The position numbers and the translations under genes are program-made. From Podarcis muralis (lineage: Eukaryota): 64,000 nt of DNA. Below the pieces are notes generated by a model. That model was not told the origin of the DNA. It saw nothing but the letters and a program-made list of their open reading frames with translations, and ran no database searches. Shown piece by piece: positions 63,401 to 64,000 of the stretch. The DNA is taken from positions 34,410,001 to 34,474,000 of the forward strand of contig NC_135660.1 in NCBI RefSeq assembly GCF_964188315.1, read 5' to 3'. Within the stretch, counting starts at the first letter, position 1; every line of letters begins with the position of its first letter.

Positions 63401-63644
63401 ACTACTGCATATGGCTGTAGGACACCAGAAGTCCCTGAGCTGCTAATCTACCCAAATATCATGGAAAAAGCAAAGTTTTACCTCATCCATGTGGCACAGC
63501 GTGCTCACCAACTACAGCCCAGCACAGCACCCCCTACCCTACCCAATAAGCATCTAGTTCCATTCAGGGGCTTGATGAACATGTCTAGGTCACATTTTCT
63601 GAAACTGTATGGGAACTGAAACTCAGCTATTGAAAGTTACAGAT

Positions 63645-64000
63645 AGGTAGCCGTGTTGGTCTGCCATAGTCAAAACAAAAAAAATTCCTTCCAGTAGCAC
63701 CTTAAAGACCAACTAAGTTAGTTCTTGGTATGAGCTTTCGTGTGCATGCACACTTCTTCAGATACACTGAAACAGAAGTTGCCAGATCCTTCTATATAGT
63801 GAGAAGGTGGGGAGGGGTATTACTCAGGAGGGTGGTGGGAATGGGTGATTGGCAGATAGCTGTGATGAGCCTGTTGACGACTCTTAACGACTGCAATAGG
63901 TCTTACAAGTAACGGGCCAATGGCCGTAATAAAGATCAATCAATCAATCAATCAATCAATTAATAGGTCTTACAGGAAAAAGCAAGGGGTGAGAAGGTGA
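63645..64000 (-). mobile_element. Penelope-like element fragment running off the window, containing a 54-nt insertion
   Basis: Reverse-complement homologue of 51156-51426. The strand is nominal. Confidence 0.78.

Overview
Squamate (probably lacertid lizard) genomic DNA; the taxon is inferred from Sauria SINEs, BovB and the L2/L1 families present. Three conserved genes sit in the first 25 kb. ADIPOQ (+) has two coding exons, 1398-1617 and 3419-3948, giving 249 aa. COPS9/CSNAP (-) has three exons giving 57 aa, with a CpG-island promoter. OTOS (-) has three coding exons giving 89 aa. I recognised no further host gene in the remaining ~39 kb. That stretch is a transposon-rich intergenic region dominated by one full-length L1 (38881-45407) with a 15-bp TSD and uninterrupted ORF1 and ORF2. 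It also holds BovB, L2, CR1 and Penelope fragments, solo-LTR-like pieces, SINEs and hAT/Tc1-pogo MITEs. Best second-look items: an antisense 65-aa hydrophobic ORF and an 84-nt intron-like segment in the L1 5' UTR; three C/EBP palindromes in 12-bp phase at 29.85 kb; a hAT MITE carrying a CpG-island-like promoter; hammerhead-like cores in the Penelope fragments; and ADIPOQ lying next to COPS9-OTOS, which are on different chromosomes in human. I found no clear evidence of a wholly new system. All family names come from motif recognition, not database searches.
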